A stretch of 64,000 bases of DNA from Acidobacteriota bacterium (GTDB lineage Bacteria > Acidobacteriota > Blastocatellia > Pyrinomonadales > Pyrinomonadaceae): the NCBI GenBank assembly GCA_016700075.1, contig CP065000.1:3124812-3188811 (forward strand). The letters run 5' to 3'. Below, piece by piece: positions 1 through 10,076 of this stretch. Numbering within the stretch: the first letter of the stretch is position 1; the number at the start of each line of letters is the position of its first letter. The notes under the pieces are model-generated. The model was not told the DNA's origin and made no database searches. It saw only the letters and a list, made by a program, of their open reading frames with translations. The translations under genes were made by a program, and so were the position numbers.

Positions 1-734
1 ATAGAACTCGCCCTGATCGCCCTCGCCAAAGCTTCGTCGTTGAATGCCCACAGGTCTTCGGCTGAGCCGCCGCCGCGGCCAACGATCAGAACGTCAAGTT
101 TTTCCTTTGGCGGGAGCTGCCCGCTAAACAGATTCGCCGCGGTGATCGCGTTTCGAATAGAGTCGGCCGCACCTTCACCCTGCACCAATGTAGGGAGCAG
201 AAGGATGCTGATCGACATCGCTCTTCGCGTCAGTACACTCAAAATATCGTGAAACGCCGCTCCTGTTCGCGATGTGACGATGCCCACACGATTCGGAAAG
301 AACGGTATCGGACGTTTCAACTCCGGAGCAAACAAACCCTCATTGTCCAATTTGGACCTAATTTGCTCGAAAGCGGCCCGAAGAGCTCCTTCGCCTGACG
401 GCTCGAGCGACTCGACAACCAATTGCGTCTCGCCCCGAGCAGTATAGAAGCTGACCTTGCCGCGAATTCGTACCTGAATCCCATTCTCGGGGCGAAACCG
501 GATACGAAAGTTTGTGCCTTTCCAGCAAACGCAGCGGATCTGAGCCTTTCCGTCGTTAAGATTGAAATACCAATGTCCCGACGCCGCAGCTGTGAAATTG
601 ACTACCTCACCTTCGACCCAAACGTTCCCAAATTCATCTTCGAGAGCGGCCTTAATGCGCGAGGTAAGTTCCTCGACGCTCATCGGCAATCGGGCATCAT
701 CAGACGTCAGCAGATCAAAGTATGATTCGGCCAT
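1..734 (-). CDS. xseA: exodeoxyribonuclease VII large subunit, N-terminal part (gene runs off the left edge)
   Basis: Absent from the ORF track (no in-window stop). Minus-strand translation from ATG (complement of 732-734) gives MAESYFDLLTSDD...VWVEGEVVNFTAAASGHWYFNLNDGKAQIRCVCWKG...GIVTSRTGAAFHDIL...VGRGGGSAEDLWAFNDE, typical XseA OB-fold plus core. Confidence 0.85.
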   Translation of the reverse strand, partial: MAESYFDLLTSDDARLPMSVEELTSRIKAALEDEFGNVWVEGEVVNFTAAASGHWYFNLNDGKAQIRCVCWKGTNFRIRFRPENGIQVRIRGKVSFYTARGETQLVVESLEPSGEGALRAAFEQIRSKLDNEGLFAPELKRPIPFFPNRVGIVTSRTGAAFHDILSVLTRRAMSISILLLPTLVQGEGAADSIRNAITAANLFSGQLPPKEKLDVLIVGRGGGSAEDLWAFNDEALARAIRASS

Positions 735-739
735 TAGAT

Positions 740-2428
740 CTATCTCACAGACTCAACATTCAATACTTGCACAAATGTATTCGGCCTGAGCGAACGAATG
801 CGAATACGGTTCAAAGGAGTTTCGACGGTTGAGGAGCTTCGGTATGTTATTTCATAGGAGCCGCGCAACTGTTTTACAATGTCGTCATACGCCGTCTGAA
901 TTTCAGATAGCTGCGTGATGTTATAAAACACTCCGCCGGATACCGATGCGAGCCTGGGACCTTCGTCCTTGGCTTTATCGGTTAATATCGAGTTCAGATA
1001 TCGTTCACGAAGCGGGTCCAACCCGCTTTCCGTGAGATCGGCAGAAGCCATCACACCCGAAGGTACGTAAAGCGGATACACGACCGCACCGCTCTCTTCT
1101 ATAGGGCCCAAAAGCGTATCGAACGCCAAGAATGACCTGTTATCATCGCCGTCTGTAAGAACGACGATAGCGGTCCTTTCACCCTTAATTGCTCTCAGTG
1201 TTTCAGCCAATGTGTAGGCAAGAGCATCGTAGAATGCGGTTCCGCCGCCGGCATCGAATGAATCCAAAGACGAAGAGAGTTTAGTTCGGTCGGTTGTGAA
1301 ACCGGATAAGACCTTTACATCCTCGGCAAAAGTAACGATCGAGACCCTATCCATTACTGATACGGTATCCAAAAACGACCGCGCTGCTTTTCTGATAAAG
1401 GTCATATACCGGTCGACGCTGCCTGATACGTCCAAAAGGAGAATCAAATTAAAAGGAGCCTCGGACCTCTGTACGGATACGATGTCGCGGCGTTCCCCGT
1501 TTTCAATGATCTCGATCCCTGAGGTTGTCATGCCTTCGACGGATCTGTTGTTCATATCTAAGAACCGTATCGAAGCTTTTCGAAGATCGGACGGTTGTAA
1601 GGCTACTGTCTCCTTACGTCTGGAAATGCGAGGCTCAGTAACAACCGGAGGAAGGCTTCGGGCGTATTCGCCGTAGTAGCGGGGGGCAGATCGGCGAATA
1701 GCCTCCATCAAAAGACTGTCGCCGCTGCGAACGATCGCTTTTGCAGCATTTGTCAACGGCCTGTCACGCAGATCGTTAGCGACCTCATTTGGCGGGACGT
1801 TAAGGAGAATGATCCCGCGTGCCGTTGAGAATTTAATGTCTGTCCTTTTATCTTTTTCGCCCTTTTTGAGTGATCTGCCAAAAGTATTACCGCTGATCTC
1901 GAATCTTCCTCCGGCCCGTTCACGGATACTGGGCAATTCGATGTCCGCCGAATATCGAGGTCTCGATCCGGTCCACTCAAATGAATATGAGAGCTTTTCG
2001 GTCCCGACGTTCGCCGCGATCGTGCCGGTCAATGTACGTATCTCGATCGATCTAAACTCGCCCTCGGCAGTTACTGCACCTTCAGTTGTTTCGATCTTTA
2101 TACGCGATCCGGATGGGACAGTGATCTCAAGGTCTATTCTCTGATCCACTCGGACAGGAGCAACTCGGATCTCCGCGTTCTTTCCGGAACCGGATACCCG
2201 TAAATCTCTTTCGTCTAAAGAGGCACTTGAAAATGCCTTTAATTTGAATTGACGTGAGGCCTCTTCTTCGGAGACCGTGCGAACAGCGACCTTACCGCTC
2301 CTGTTAATTACGGATAATAGCTCAGGCGCACCAATAGAAATTTCTACTCGGGTGGTCTGCCCAACCAGCGGCAGAGATAGGAGGGCGATGGTAAAGAACG
2401 CCAGAATATGTCTGTGAGAAAAAGCCAT
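740..2428 (-). CDS. secreted VWFA (von Willebrand factor A) domain protein
   Basis: 562-aa ORF with signal peptide MAFSHRHILAFFTIALLSLPLVGQ. MIDAS-type DxSxS in LILLLDVSGSV, then TAFYDAL and VVLTDGDDN. Starts 3 nt after the kinase stop. Confidence 0.8.
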   Translation of the reverse strand: MAFSHRHILAFFTIALLSLPLVGQTTRVEISIGAPELLSVINRSGKVAVRTVSEEEASRQFKLKAFSSASLDERDLRVSGSGKNAEIRVAPVRVDQRIDLEITVPSGSRIKIETTEGAVTAEGEFRSIEIRTLTGTIAANVGTEKLSYSFEWTGSRPRYSADIELPSIRERAGGRFEISGNTFGRSLKKGEKDKRTDIKFSTARGIILLNVPPNEVANDLRDRPLTNAAKAIVRSGDSLLMEAIRRSAPRYYGEYARSLPPVVTEPRISRRKETVALQPSDLRKASIRFLDMNNRSVEGMTTSGIEIIENGERRDIVSVQRSEAPFNLILLLDVSGSVDRYMTFIRKAARSFLDTVSVMDRVSIVTFAEDVKVLSGFTTDRTKLSSSLDSFDAGGGTAFYDALAYTLAETLRAIKGERTAIVVLTDGDDNRSFLAFDTLLGPIEESGAVVYPLYVPSGVMASADLTESGLDPLRERYLNSILTDKAKDEGPRLASVSGGVFYNITQLSEIQTAYDDIVKQLRGSYEITYRSSSTVETPLNRIRIRSLRPNTFVQVLNVESVR

Positions 2429-2431
2429 TAT

Positions 2432-4624
2432 TCAGTCGGAGGTGGACGATCTCCCGGAAACTCTGCCAGACTGGATGAGGCGTTGCCGCACCCTTTCCTG
2501 CCAACGCTTTCTTGGACGCCCATCGTCCTCAAAACGTTCGATTAGATCGTTCATCGACTCGCCTCCGGCCAACCTTGTCTTGACGTATAGCAAAGCCACA
2601 ATGATCGCAGAAAACGAAAGAACTAGTATTTGAACTGGCATCCACAAGATCTGGATCAGCGATTCCAGCAGCGTTGTTTTTAACTGGTCACGCATATCCG
2701 CACCACCGTTCACCTTGATAGTCCGCTGAGGACCGATGTTGATGTTGAAACTACCCTCATTTTTCTCATCCTTAGTGCTTTTTGCCGACGAGGGGCTATT
2801 TTCTCCTTCACTCACGCTTATAGCCGGCGGGGTTGACTTTGGATCGAACGCACGGGCGGAAATATTAACTACCGCGGAAATGGTTCCGGCAACTATTGCA
2901 GGAATCAAAAAGAGCATCAAGACTACACCGGACGCGGTCATCATAGAGCGGCGTACCAGCGTCTGGGACCTTTTCAGGGCTGCCCAGCCTTTGAGGCGTT
3001 CCATCATCACAACCGGGCCGACAAGTGTCCAAGCCACACTTAGTACCAGAAACCCAATTCCACAAGTCAGAGCACCGATCACGATCGTGCCTAGAGTACT
3101 TAGCAGCCCTGTCCCGAATAGAGCTTTCCAGCGAAGTCGCGTTTCGCGGAGTGCGGGCCGCAGCCTGACAGGCCGCAACGGGATCGAAAGGTACTGGGTC
3201 ACGATCCACGTAATGGTTCCCAAGTTCAAATAGGTGCAGAGCATGCTAAGGACAGTCAGCGCAAAACCCGCAATTCCGAGTGCAACGTTAGATGAGGTCT
3301 CGCTGATCGTCTCGCTGATCTTCAAGAACGAGAGCGTTAACATCAACACAGTAAGAATGATCGAAGGCAGTTGAAAAAAGGAGGTTAGGAGCAAAAACTT
3401 CGGCAGATGCTCGCTGTAGATAACCAGTGCCCTGCGAAGCAGTCCGAAAAGGCCTTCTGAGCGCGACCGCAGCTCACTTGCAAAAGCTTCCGCACTTTCA
3501 GGTCGCAGTTCTAGATCTTTTTCCAGTGCGTTGTGGATGACCTGCCGCATTTTTCGACGGACCTTTTTAGATGTGAGCGGCTTGGGCTGTTCAAATTGGT
3601 GAGCATGCATCACCGCTTTGTAATCACCCTCGAACGGTGTTGATCCCGACAGCATTTGGTATGCGATCACGCCCAGGCTGTAAATATCGGATCTCGCATC
3701 GAGTCTGTCCCCCCGACACTGCTCCGGTGACATGTAAAGCGGGGTTCCAAGCACGGCACCGGCTCTGGTAAGTTCTGCAGAACCCTTTCCTTCCAATAAC
3801 GAATGGCCGTCAGGCGAACCTGAAACAACTTGCGGGTGCCCGGAGGAAGCCTCATCTACTACATTTGGGCCCAGCTTTTCCTTGTTATCGGATGTCTTAG
3901 AAAAGATCGCGGTCTCACCCTCTGAATTTTCGGCGGGCCTGGTTTCACCGAGCGGCATAGCCTTAGGAAAGGCAGTAACGTCTGTTCCCAACGCCACCGT
4001 ATCGTTCAACTCACTGTCGTCAAAGGTGATATTCGGCCCCTCGAAAACCGTATGTGTTGAACGGCGATAGATCTGCGGCGTTTCTCCGTTCGGCTCCAGA
4101 TCTGACTGCTCTTCGAGTTTTGCGATACCGAAATCAAGTACTTTGACCGTATATCCGCCACGCTGATTGGGCTCGAGCCAAATGTTATCGGGCTTTAGAT
4201 CTCTATGGATAATTCCTTGCTGATGAGCCTCGTGAACCGCTGAACAAACCTGCTCAATGATGTCCAACGTCCATCCTACCGGCAGGTTTTTTTCCTCGTC
4301 GAGTATTTCGCCCAGTGTGCAGCCATCCAAGTATTCCATGACGAGGTATGCGACCTCGCCGTCATTACTGTTGGCGAATCCAAAATCCGTCACGTCTACC
4401 ACGTTCGGGTGTCTTAGACGCCCGGCGGCTCTTGCCTCGCGTCGAAACCGCTCTACGAATTCCGGCCGACGCATATACTCACGCGAGATGATCTTAACGG
4501 CGACAGGGCGCTCAGTGCCAAGATGTGTTGCAAGATAGACCGTTCCCATGCCGCCGCGTCCGAGTTCGCGGTCGATCTGGTATTTAGAGTCAAGCGTCTG
4601 GCCTGTGTAAGACGTATCTTTCAT
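2432..4624 (-). CDS. Ser/Thr protein kinase fused to a C-terminal polytopic membrane domain
   Basis: Hanks motifs LGRGGMGTVY, VAVKII, HRDLKPDNIWL, DFGIAK, GTPLYMSPEQ. The C-terminal half holds several long hydrophobic segments. Confidence 0.9.
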   Translation of the reverse strand: MKDTSYTGQTLDSKYQIDRELGRGGMGTVYLATHLGTERPVAVKIISREYMRRPEFVERFRREARAAGRLRHPNVVDVTDFGFANSNDGEVAYLVMEYLDGCTLGEILDEEKNLPVGWTLDIIEQVCSAVHEAHQQGIIHRDLKPDNIWLEPNQRGGYTVKVLDFGIAKLEEQSDLEPNGETPQIYRRSTHTVFEGPNITFDDSELNDTVALGTDVTAFPKAMPLGETRPAENSEGETAIFSKTSDNKEKLGPNVVDEASSGHPQVVSGSPDGHSLLEGKGSAELTRAGAVLGTPLYMSPEQCRGDRLDARSDIYSLGVIAYQMLSGSTPFEGDYKAVMHAHQFEQPKPLTSKKVRRKMRQVIHNALEKDLELRPESAEAFASELRSRSEGLFGLLRRALVIYSEHLPKFLLLTSFFQLPSIILTVLMLTLSFLKISETISETSSNVALGIAGFALTVLSMLCTYLNLGTITWIVTQYLSIPLRPVRLRPALRETRLRWKALFGTGLLSTLGTIVIGALTCGIGFLVLSVAWTLVGPVVMMERLKGWAALKRSQTLVRRSMMTASGVVLMLFLIPAIVAGTISAVVNISARAFDPKSTPPAISVSEGENSPSSAKSTKDEKNEGSFNINIGPQRTIKVNGGADMRDQLKTTLLESLIQILWMPVQILVLSFSAIIVALLYVKTRLAGGESMNDLIERFEDDGRPRKRWQERVRQRLIQSGRVSGRSSTSD

Positions 4625-4867
4625 TTGCCGGTAACTGCAAATCTATCCTGTATGTTGCTGCCAGCGCAAGTAATTACGCCCAACGAGGGACCATTGTTTT
4701 GTGAAAGCATAGATATGTAATAAACTTCTACCGATCAAACGCGAAAAATGCAGTGTTCTACGCTATCGTATGCCTTGGGGTTGTATTATACATGAAACAC
4801 TGTGCTATACTTCCGTAGGTCGAAATGACATTCTGTTAGAGCGTTGGGTCGGGAGGATCCCTTGATT

Positions 4868-5875
4868 ATGGACAAGAGCAAAGCAATAGAATCGGCATTA
4901 CAACAGATCGAAAAGAAATTTGGCAAAGGCTCGATAATGAGACTTGGTGAAAGGCCGCACGAAGACATCGGAGCGATCTCAACAAATTGCCTCAGCTTGG
5001 ACGCAGCTATCGGGGTTGGCGGATTTCCTAGGGGCAGAATAGTCGAGGTGTATGGCCCGGAAAGTTCCGGAAAAACCACGCTCGCTCTGCAAGTGGTAGC
5101 TTCTGCACAGAAAACAGGCGGTGTCTGTGCTTATATCGACGCTGAGCACGCTATGGATCCTGAGTATGCACAAAAGCTCGGGGTCAATATCGATGATATG
5201 TTGATCTCGCAGCCGGATTCGGGTGAACAAGCTTTGGAGATCGCCGAGACGTTGGTGCGGTCCAACAGTGTTGATGTTATCGTCATCGATTCAGTTGCGG
5301 CCCTAGTTCCGCGGGCCGAACTCGACGGCGAAATGGGCGACAGTTTGCCCGGCCTTCAGGCGCGGCTAATGTCGCAAGCTTTGAGAAAGATCACCGCGAT
5401 AGTGTCAAATTCTCGGACATGTTTCGTCTTCATCAACCAACTTCGCGAGAAGATCGGCGTCTTCTTTGGGTCCCCGGAAACGACAACGGGCGGCAAAGCA
5501 TTGAAGTTTTATGCAAGCGTTCGACTGGATATTCGCCGGATCGGCGCGATCAAGGACGGAGATAAGGTAGTGGGCAACAGAACACGCGTAAAAGTTGTCA
5601 AGAATAAATGCGCTCCGCCCTTTCGTGAAGCTGAATTCGACATTATGTACGGTGAAGGTATCTCTAGAGAGGGCGATCTTCTCGATCTTGCAGTTGCCAA
5701 CAATATCGTAGAAAAGTCGGGGGCATGGTTCTCATATGCGGGCGAACGGCTGGGCCAAGGCCGTGACAACGTAAAGAATCTGCTCAAAGAAAGGCCCGAG
5801 CTTCTGGAACGCATCGAAAGTGATGTGAAGGTTCGATTAGGATTTGTAAAGGCCGACGCCGCAGTTTCGGGCTAG
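4868..5875 (+). CDS. recA: recombinase RecA
   Basis: ATG at 4868 gives [24 protein letters not shown] (the track starts at an upstream TTG). Walker [10 protein letters not shown]; [11 protein letters not shown]. Confidence 0.97.
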   Translation: MDKSKAIESALQQIEKKFGKGSIMRLGERPHEDIGAISTNCLSLDAAIGVGGFPRGRIVEVYGPESSGKTTLALQVVASAQKTGGVCAYIDAEHAMDPEYAQKLGVNIDDMLISQPDSGEQALEIAETLVRSNSVDVIVIDSVAALVPRAELDGEMGDSLPGLQARLMSQALRKITAIVSNSRTCFVFINQLREKIGVFFGSPETTTGGKALKFYASVRLDIRRIGAIKDGDKVVGNRTRVKVVKNKCAPPFREAEFDIMYGEGISREGDLLDLAVANNIVEKSGAWFSYAGERLGQGRDNVKNLLKERPELLERIESDVKVRLGFVKADAAVSG

Positions 5876-5913
5876 TCGGCCTAATACGGCCATCAAAAGC
5901 TTCGTGTTGATCC

Positions 5914-6273
5914 TCACTGCTTAACTACATTCGAGTTTGAGGCAGTGTCCGAGAGCATTTTCTTCACGGTCTTCTCGTCGGGGATGCCCGGTGTCGGCTT
6001 AGAACCCGGCTTAAATGGCTTTTTCAGTTCCTCAGGGCCCGGGATCCCGGGTGTGGATTTTTCGTTCGGCTGTCCTTTCTCCATTGTAACTACCTGGGGC
6101 GGCTGAACCTCTTGGATCTCGATAAGCTCCGGTGTCATTCCGGGAGGCAGCACTCCGACATTCGAATTTCCCGCAGCATTTCCTGCCGGGGAATTTAAGT
6201 TCTTCGCAGGATCCGTTCCACTACAGGCAATTGTCAGGAGCACGGATACGGTCATTATAATGATCTTGGTCAT
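5914..6273 (-). CDS. small Pro-rich putative lipoprotein
   Basis: MTKIIIMTVSVLLTIACSG has a lipobox-like L-T-I-A-C; the rest is Pro/Gly/Lys-rich. The start among several Met codons is uncertain. Confidence 0.5.
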   Translation of the reverse strand: MTKIIIMTVSVLLTIACSGTDPAKNLNSPAGNAAGNSNVGVLPPGMTPELIEIQEVQPPQVVTMEKGQPNEKSTPGIPGPEELKKPFKPGSKPTPGIPDEKTVKKMLSDTASNSNVVKQ

Positions 6274-6324
6274 GACTATAATTTTAGCAAAAATGGCATT
6301 TTGCATCACAGTAAGAGTTGTGAT

Positions 6325-6353
6325 TTGACAAGTAAAAATCGCTTCTTTAGAGT
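6325..6353 (+). promoter_or_regulatory. sigma70-type promoter candidate for tRNA-Phe
   Basis: TTGACA (6325-6330), 17-nt spacer, TAGAGT (6348-6353), about 40 nt upstream of the tRNA 5' end. Confidence 0.5.
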
Positions 6354-6391
6354 ATTAAGTTCGCGTTGGCTTGGATGTCATCGCAAATTTT

Positions 6392-6467
<76 letters not shown>

Positions 6468-6474
6468 AAATCGC

Positions 6475-6506
6475 AGGGCTGCCGACTAGTTCGCAGCCCT
6501 ATTTTG
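6475..6506. terminator. candidate bidirectional terminator hairpin (tRNA-Phe / debranching enzyme)
   Basis: AGGGCTG (6475-6481) pairs with CAGCCCT (6494-6500). T-run follows on +, A-run precedes (a U-run on the minus transcript). Confidence 0.4.
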
Positions 6507-8436
6507 TTGCCCGCAATACCTCTGCAACACTCCACGCCTGAGCAGCGCAGCCTCTTGCATCATGCGGTTTATCGCCGTCAAATATCTCAGATATCTGTCC
6601 TAACATGCTAGTGGTCAAATGCTGTTCAAAGCCCTTCCAAAACTCTTTGATCCTAAGTTCTGCGACTGCGTCCGATGAATGTGTTTTTCGATATGCATCG
6701 ACAAAATGCCCGATTAGCCAGGCCCAAACCGTGCCTTGGTGATATGCCGAATCTCGTTCGAATGGTGTTCCTTTGTAAATGCCCACGTAATTTGGATCTT
6801 TTGGTGACAGCGAACGCAGTCCACATGGCGTCAACAACTCATTCTCGACCTTATCGACGACCTTTCGGGCCTTCTCGTTATCGAGCATCGAAAACGGCAG
6901 ACTGATGGCGAATATCTGATTTGGCCTGACGGCAGCATCCTTTCCGGCGCCGTTGACGACATCATAGAGGCATTCTTCGGTTGCGTTCCAAAATTGACCG
7001 TTAAAGCTCGCCTTTGCCATAGCGGCCATTTCGCAAAAGCGTGTCAGGTTCTCGGCGTCTCCAAATCTTTCCGCAAAGCCTGCCATAATGGACAGGGCGT
7101 TGAACCATAACGCCTGTATTTCCACGGGTTTACCGATACGTGGTGTGAAGGCGAAATCGCCTGCCTTGGCGTCCATCCAAGTCAGTTGGGAATCGTTGTC
7201 GCCTGCGTAGAGCAATCCATCGGTATCAACATGAATGCCGAATCGGGTGCCTTTGATGTGCCATCGAACGATGCCCAAAAGCACCTCATAAAGCTCGTCC
7301 TCGACGAATTTCTCATCGTTTGCGGCCTCTGCGTATGCCCGCACAGCTTCGAAGTACCACAGCGTCGCGTCGACAGTATTGTAATCGGGGGTTTCGCCTT
7401 CATCGGGGAAACGGTTAGGCAGCATTCCCTGCGAAACGTGGCGGGAATATTCGAGGAGAATTTCCTTAGCGACATCAAAACGCCGTGTAGCGAGCGTGAG
7501 TCCGGGAAGAGCGATCATCGTATCGCGGCCCCAATCAGAAAACCAATGATAGCCCGCAATTATGGAGCTTCCGCTTCCGCGTTTTACGATGAACTGTTCC
7601 GCGGCCAATACGAGCTGAGTTGTAAACTCGTCCTTAGCTCCCGAAACCGCAACTAGGCGTGCACGGCGTTTGATCTCGGCTTTTCGGAGCTTTTCGGCAT
7701 CACGAACGGGCATCTTCTCGGTTGCGGCGATCACGACCGCGGGTTTCGCAAGCGAAAAGCTCAGTTCAAACGGCTGATACAGGTTCTCGCTGTGATCAAA
7801 GCCGCGTTCCGACTCGATCGGATAGTCGAAATTTCGATACCAATGGCTTGTTACTTCGGTATTTGACGCGTTGTGGTTCAGATAAGTAGTCGGCATTTCA
7901 CCCAACGATATCTCGGCGTGATCTTTGCGAATTTCAACTGCAAACTCAGCCTCCTGATGCCGCAAATAATGAAAATCGCGGAACGCGAGAAGCGGGCGTA
8001 CTGAAAGTTGAATAACATCAGCTGCGGGATCACCGCGGTCAATGATCTTCCAGCTCACGACAACGGCATTCGAGCCGTGCGGCATAAAAAGCGTACGTTC
8101 GAGCCGCATGCCGCCTGCCTCAAATGTCCATATTGGAAAAGGATCAAGGCGGAACTCACGCAGAAAAACAAAGCCTTTGGGCTCGACGGCGTCGGGCCAA
8201 AGGTTGGTACTAAGATCAAACCTCTCATCGCCGATATGGAGCGTTTCTTCGAACTTAGAGAGCAGAACAACGCGGCCGACGGGCGGATCAGCCGCAGCAA
8301 CAAGCAGGCCGTGATAGCGGCGGGTGTTCGCACCGCAGACGGTCGATGACGCATAACCGCCGAGTCCGTTGGTTTCTAGCCATTCTTTTTCGAGCACAGC
8401 ATCGAACGAAGGGGCTTCGAATTTTAGATCGATCAC
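6499..8436 (-). CDS. glycogen debranching enzyme / amylo-alpha-1,6-glucosidase family protein
   Basis: EWLETNGLGGYASSTVCGANTRRYHGLL near the N-terminus and WFSDWGRDTMIALPGL centrally, typical of the bacterial/archaeal GDE family. The track's start (8553) adds a Cys/Leu-rich leader; GTG at 8436 (VIDLKFEAPSF) is my preferred but uncertain start. Confidence 0.8.
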   Translation of the reverse strand: MIDLKFEAPSFDAVLEKEWLETNGLGGYASSTVCGANTRRYHGLLVAAADPPVGRVVLLSKFEETLHIGDERFDLSTNLWPDAVEPKGFVFLREFRLDPFPIWTFEAGGMRLERTLFMPHGSNAVVVSWKIIDRGDPAADVIQLSVRPLLAFRDFHYLRHQEAEFAVEIRKDHAEISLGEMPTTYLNHNASNTEVTSHWYRNFDYPIESERGFDHSENLYQPFELSFSLAKPAVVIAATEKMPVRDAEKLRKAEIKRRARLVAVSGAKDEFTTQLVLAAEQFIVKRGSGSSIIAGYHWFSDWGRDTMIALPGLTLATRRFDVAKEILLEYSRHVSQGMLPNRFPDEGETPDYNTVDATLWYFEAVRAYAEAANDEKFVEDELYEVLLGIVRWHIKGTRFGIHVDTDGLLYAGDNDSQLTWMDAKAGDFAFTPRIGKPVEIQALWFNALSIMAGFAERFGDAENLTRFCEMAAMAKASFNGQFWNATEECLYDVVNGAGKDAAVRPNQIFAISLPFSMLDNEKARKVVDKVENELLTPCGLRSLSPKDPNYVGIYKGTPFERDSAYHQGTVWAWLIGHFVDAYRKTHSSDAVAELRIKEFWKGFEQHLTTSMLGQISEIFDGDKPHDARGCAAQAWSVAEVLRATK

Positions 8437-8960
8437 AAAACCATTTTCGCCGTAGAGGCTGTGCAAGAGCAAATTGAGCAGGCAATTCAAACACGTATCG
8501 CAAAACGGGACGACAGCAACCCGTAGAAATGCCGTCAAACTGAGGTGAAACAATATCAGACGGCGAAGATTGCGTGCCGAAACGAGGCTGAGTTCAATGC
8601 GGTTGGGCGGGGGCGTTGCCCCCTTCCTGACCCTCTTGTATTTGTGTTGAAAAGAAGAGCAAAGCCCGGCCGACTTTTGAACGCTGATAGATCAATTCAG
8701 TATAGGGTTTGACAGTCCGGAAGGGGGCATCGTCCCCGAATTGTGCCAAAAGGATAGCAGCCCCGCGACTCGCTTTCGCCATTGCTTACGCGCAGGCTTG
8801 TGCAACGTTGGCTCGCGGTCCGACGAGCGGATGCGGGCATGGATGCCCGCGTTCCCGGCAAAGGTGCTGAGAAATTGCCTTTGGTCCGACGGGCATGGGG
8901 CCGTGCCGCTGTTTTGTTCCGGCGGCGTTTTTATGTATGGTCTTAGCGGAGGAATTTTAC

Positions 8961-9773
8961 ATGAAATATACATACGGTTTTGCACGGATATTGATATTAG
9001 GTGCGTTGCTGATCGTCGGGGCGAATGCTCAGGACGAGGGCGAGGTTCACATCGGGTTTAAGGGCGGCGTCAGCACGCCGAATCTGGTCGGCGGCGGCGA
9101 CAACGAGGTAACACGGGATTACAAGTCGCGAACCGCGTACAATTTCGGCGGCTATGTAGAATACAGGGTCTCGCCGAGGTTTTCGGTGCAAACCGAAGTT
9201 AATTTTGCACCGCAAGGCGGAAAACGCGAAGGCATTCAGCCCGTGACGCGTCCGATACCGGGACTGCCGCCACCGCCGGGGCAGTATTATTACGGCAACT
9301 TCAGCAACACCGCGAAGCTCAATTATTTGGAGATACCCGTACTTTTCAAATACACGCAAAAGCGTGACGGGCCGCGTGTATATGTGAACGGCGGGCCGTA
9401 TGCCGGCTTTTTGCTGAAAGCCACGCAGGAAACACGCGGCACCAGCCCGCTCTATATTGACCGGAACGGCACGCCGTTCCAAATTCCGGGGCCTCCGACG
9501 GCAACAACAGGCAATCCGGAAGGCACAATATTTTTCCCGCCGATCACTTGGGACGCGGATACCGATGTAACTGACAGCCTTAATCGTTTCAATGTGGGAT
9601 TGACCGGCGGCGGCGGCATTCAGTTCCCAGTCGGCAAGAACTATTTCTTTGTTGATGCGAGGGCCGCCTACGGATTCCGAACGCTGCAGAAAAATACTGC
9701 GACCGACGGCAAGAGCAGAACGGGTTATCTGCTGTTTTCGTTCGGGTATGCGTTCAAGGTACGCGGAAGGTAG
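8961..9773 (+). CDS. outer-membrane beta-barrel protein (porin/OmpA-like fold)
   Basis: GGAGG 8 nt upstream of ATG 8961. Signal peptide MKYTYGFARILILGALLIVGANAQ; alternating beta-strand pattern with aromatic-rich C-terminus (LLFSFGYAFKV). Confidence 0.65.
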   Translation: MKYTYGFARILILGALLIVGANAQDEGEVHIGFKGGVSTPNLVGGGDNEVTRDYKSRTAYNFGGYVEYRVSPRFSVQTEVNFAPQGGKREGIQPVTRPIPGLPPPPGQYYYGNFSNTAKLNYLEIPVLFKYTQKRDGPRVYVNGGPYAGFLLKATQETRGTSPLYIDRNGTPFQIPGPPTATTGNPEGTIFFPPITWDADTDVTDSLNRFNVGLTGGGGIQFPVGKNYFFVDARAAYGFRTLQKNTATDGKSRTGYLLFSFGYAFKVRGR

Positions 9774-9807
9774 TTGATCTGAGACTAACTGCGGTCCGGC
9801 GGAATTG

Positions 9808-9834
9808 CCCCGCTCTTCGGAGCGGGGTTTTTTG
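9808..9834 (+). terminator. intrinsic terminator
   Basis: CCCCGCTC-TTCG-GAGCGGGG followed by TTTTTTG. Confidence 0.7.
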
Positions 9835-9982
9835 TTTCTCCCGACATTCGGGCCTCAGCCCAAATGAAATGTTGGGCCAAAGCCCAATTCTCAATTGTGC
9901 ATGTGAACCGTCGGCTGAAGCCGACGGCAATTCTAGGTAATTGTTTCCAAGATGCAGGCATGCAGTCCGCGGTCGAGCGTAA

Positions 9983-10012
9983 AACCACCCGCTATCGCAG
10001 GTGGTTCTGACA
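9983..10012. repeat. hairpin element copy 1 (AACCACC-N10-GGTGGTT-CTGACA), intergenic
   Basis: 7-bp stem, 10-nt loop CGCTATCGCA, tail CTGACA. Related copies at 10079-10108 and 57045-57074. Confidence 0.75.
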
Positions 10013-10076
10013 GTTCGGTTTAGCCCTTGCTAACCTAGCGGCCTCCTTCTCCAACGGACAGGACCCTAAGCCGCGT

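Noticed and set aside
423-789. Plus-strand ORFs of 100 and 75 codons at the left edge
   Set aside because: They are overlapped by the clear minus-strand xseA reading frame (1-734), which the ORF track omits only because it lacks an in-window stop.
4625-4867. Looked for a LexA/SOS box upstream of recA
   Set aside because: I found no clean CTGT-N8-ACAG, GAAC-N4-GTTC or GTTC-N7-GTTC. Only a small palindrome (TGTAT-T-ATACA, about 4782-4792) and a TATACT -10-like hexamer (4806-4811) are present, which is too weak to call.
8554-8960. 400-nt gap between the debranching-enzyme gene and the OMP gene, with several 60-100-codon ORFs and small GC hairpins (GGGGGC-GTT-GCCCCC, GGGCAT-GG-ATGCCC)
   Set aside because: No ORF has a plausible start or SD, or a recognisable sequence. 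I could not match any ncRNA I know (SRP, 6S, tmRNA, RNase P). It is left unannotated.
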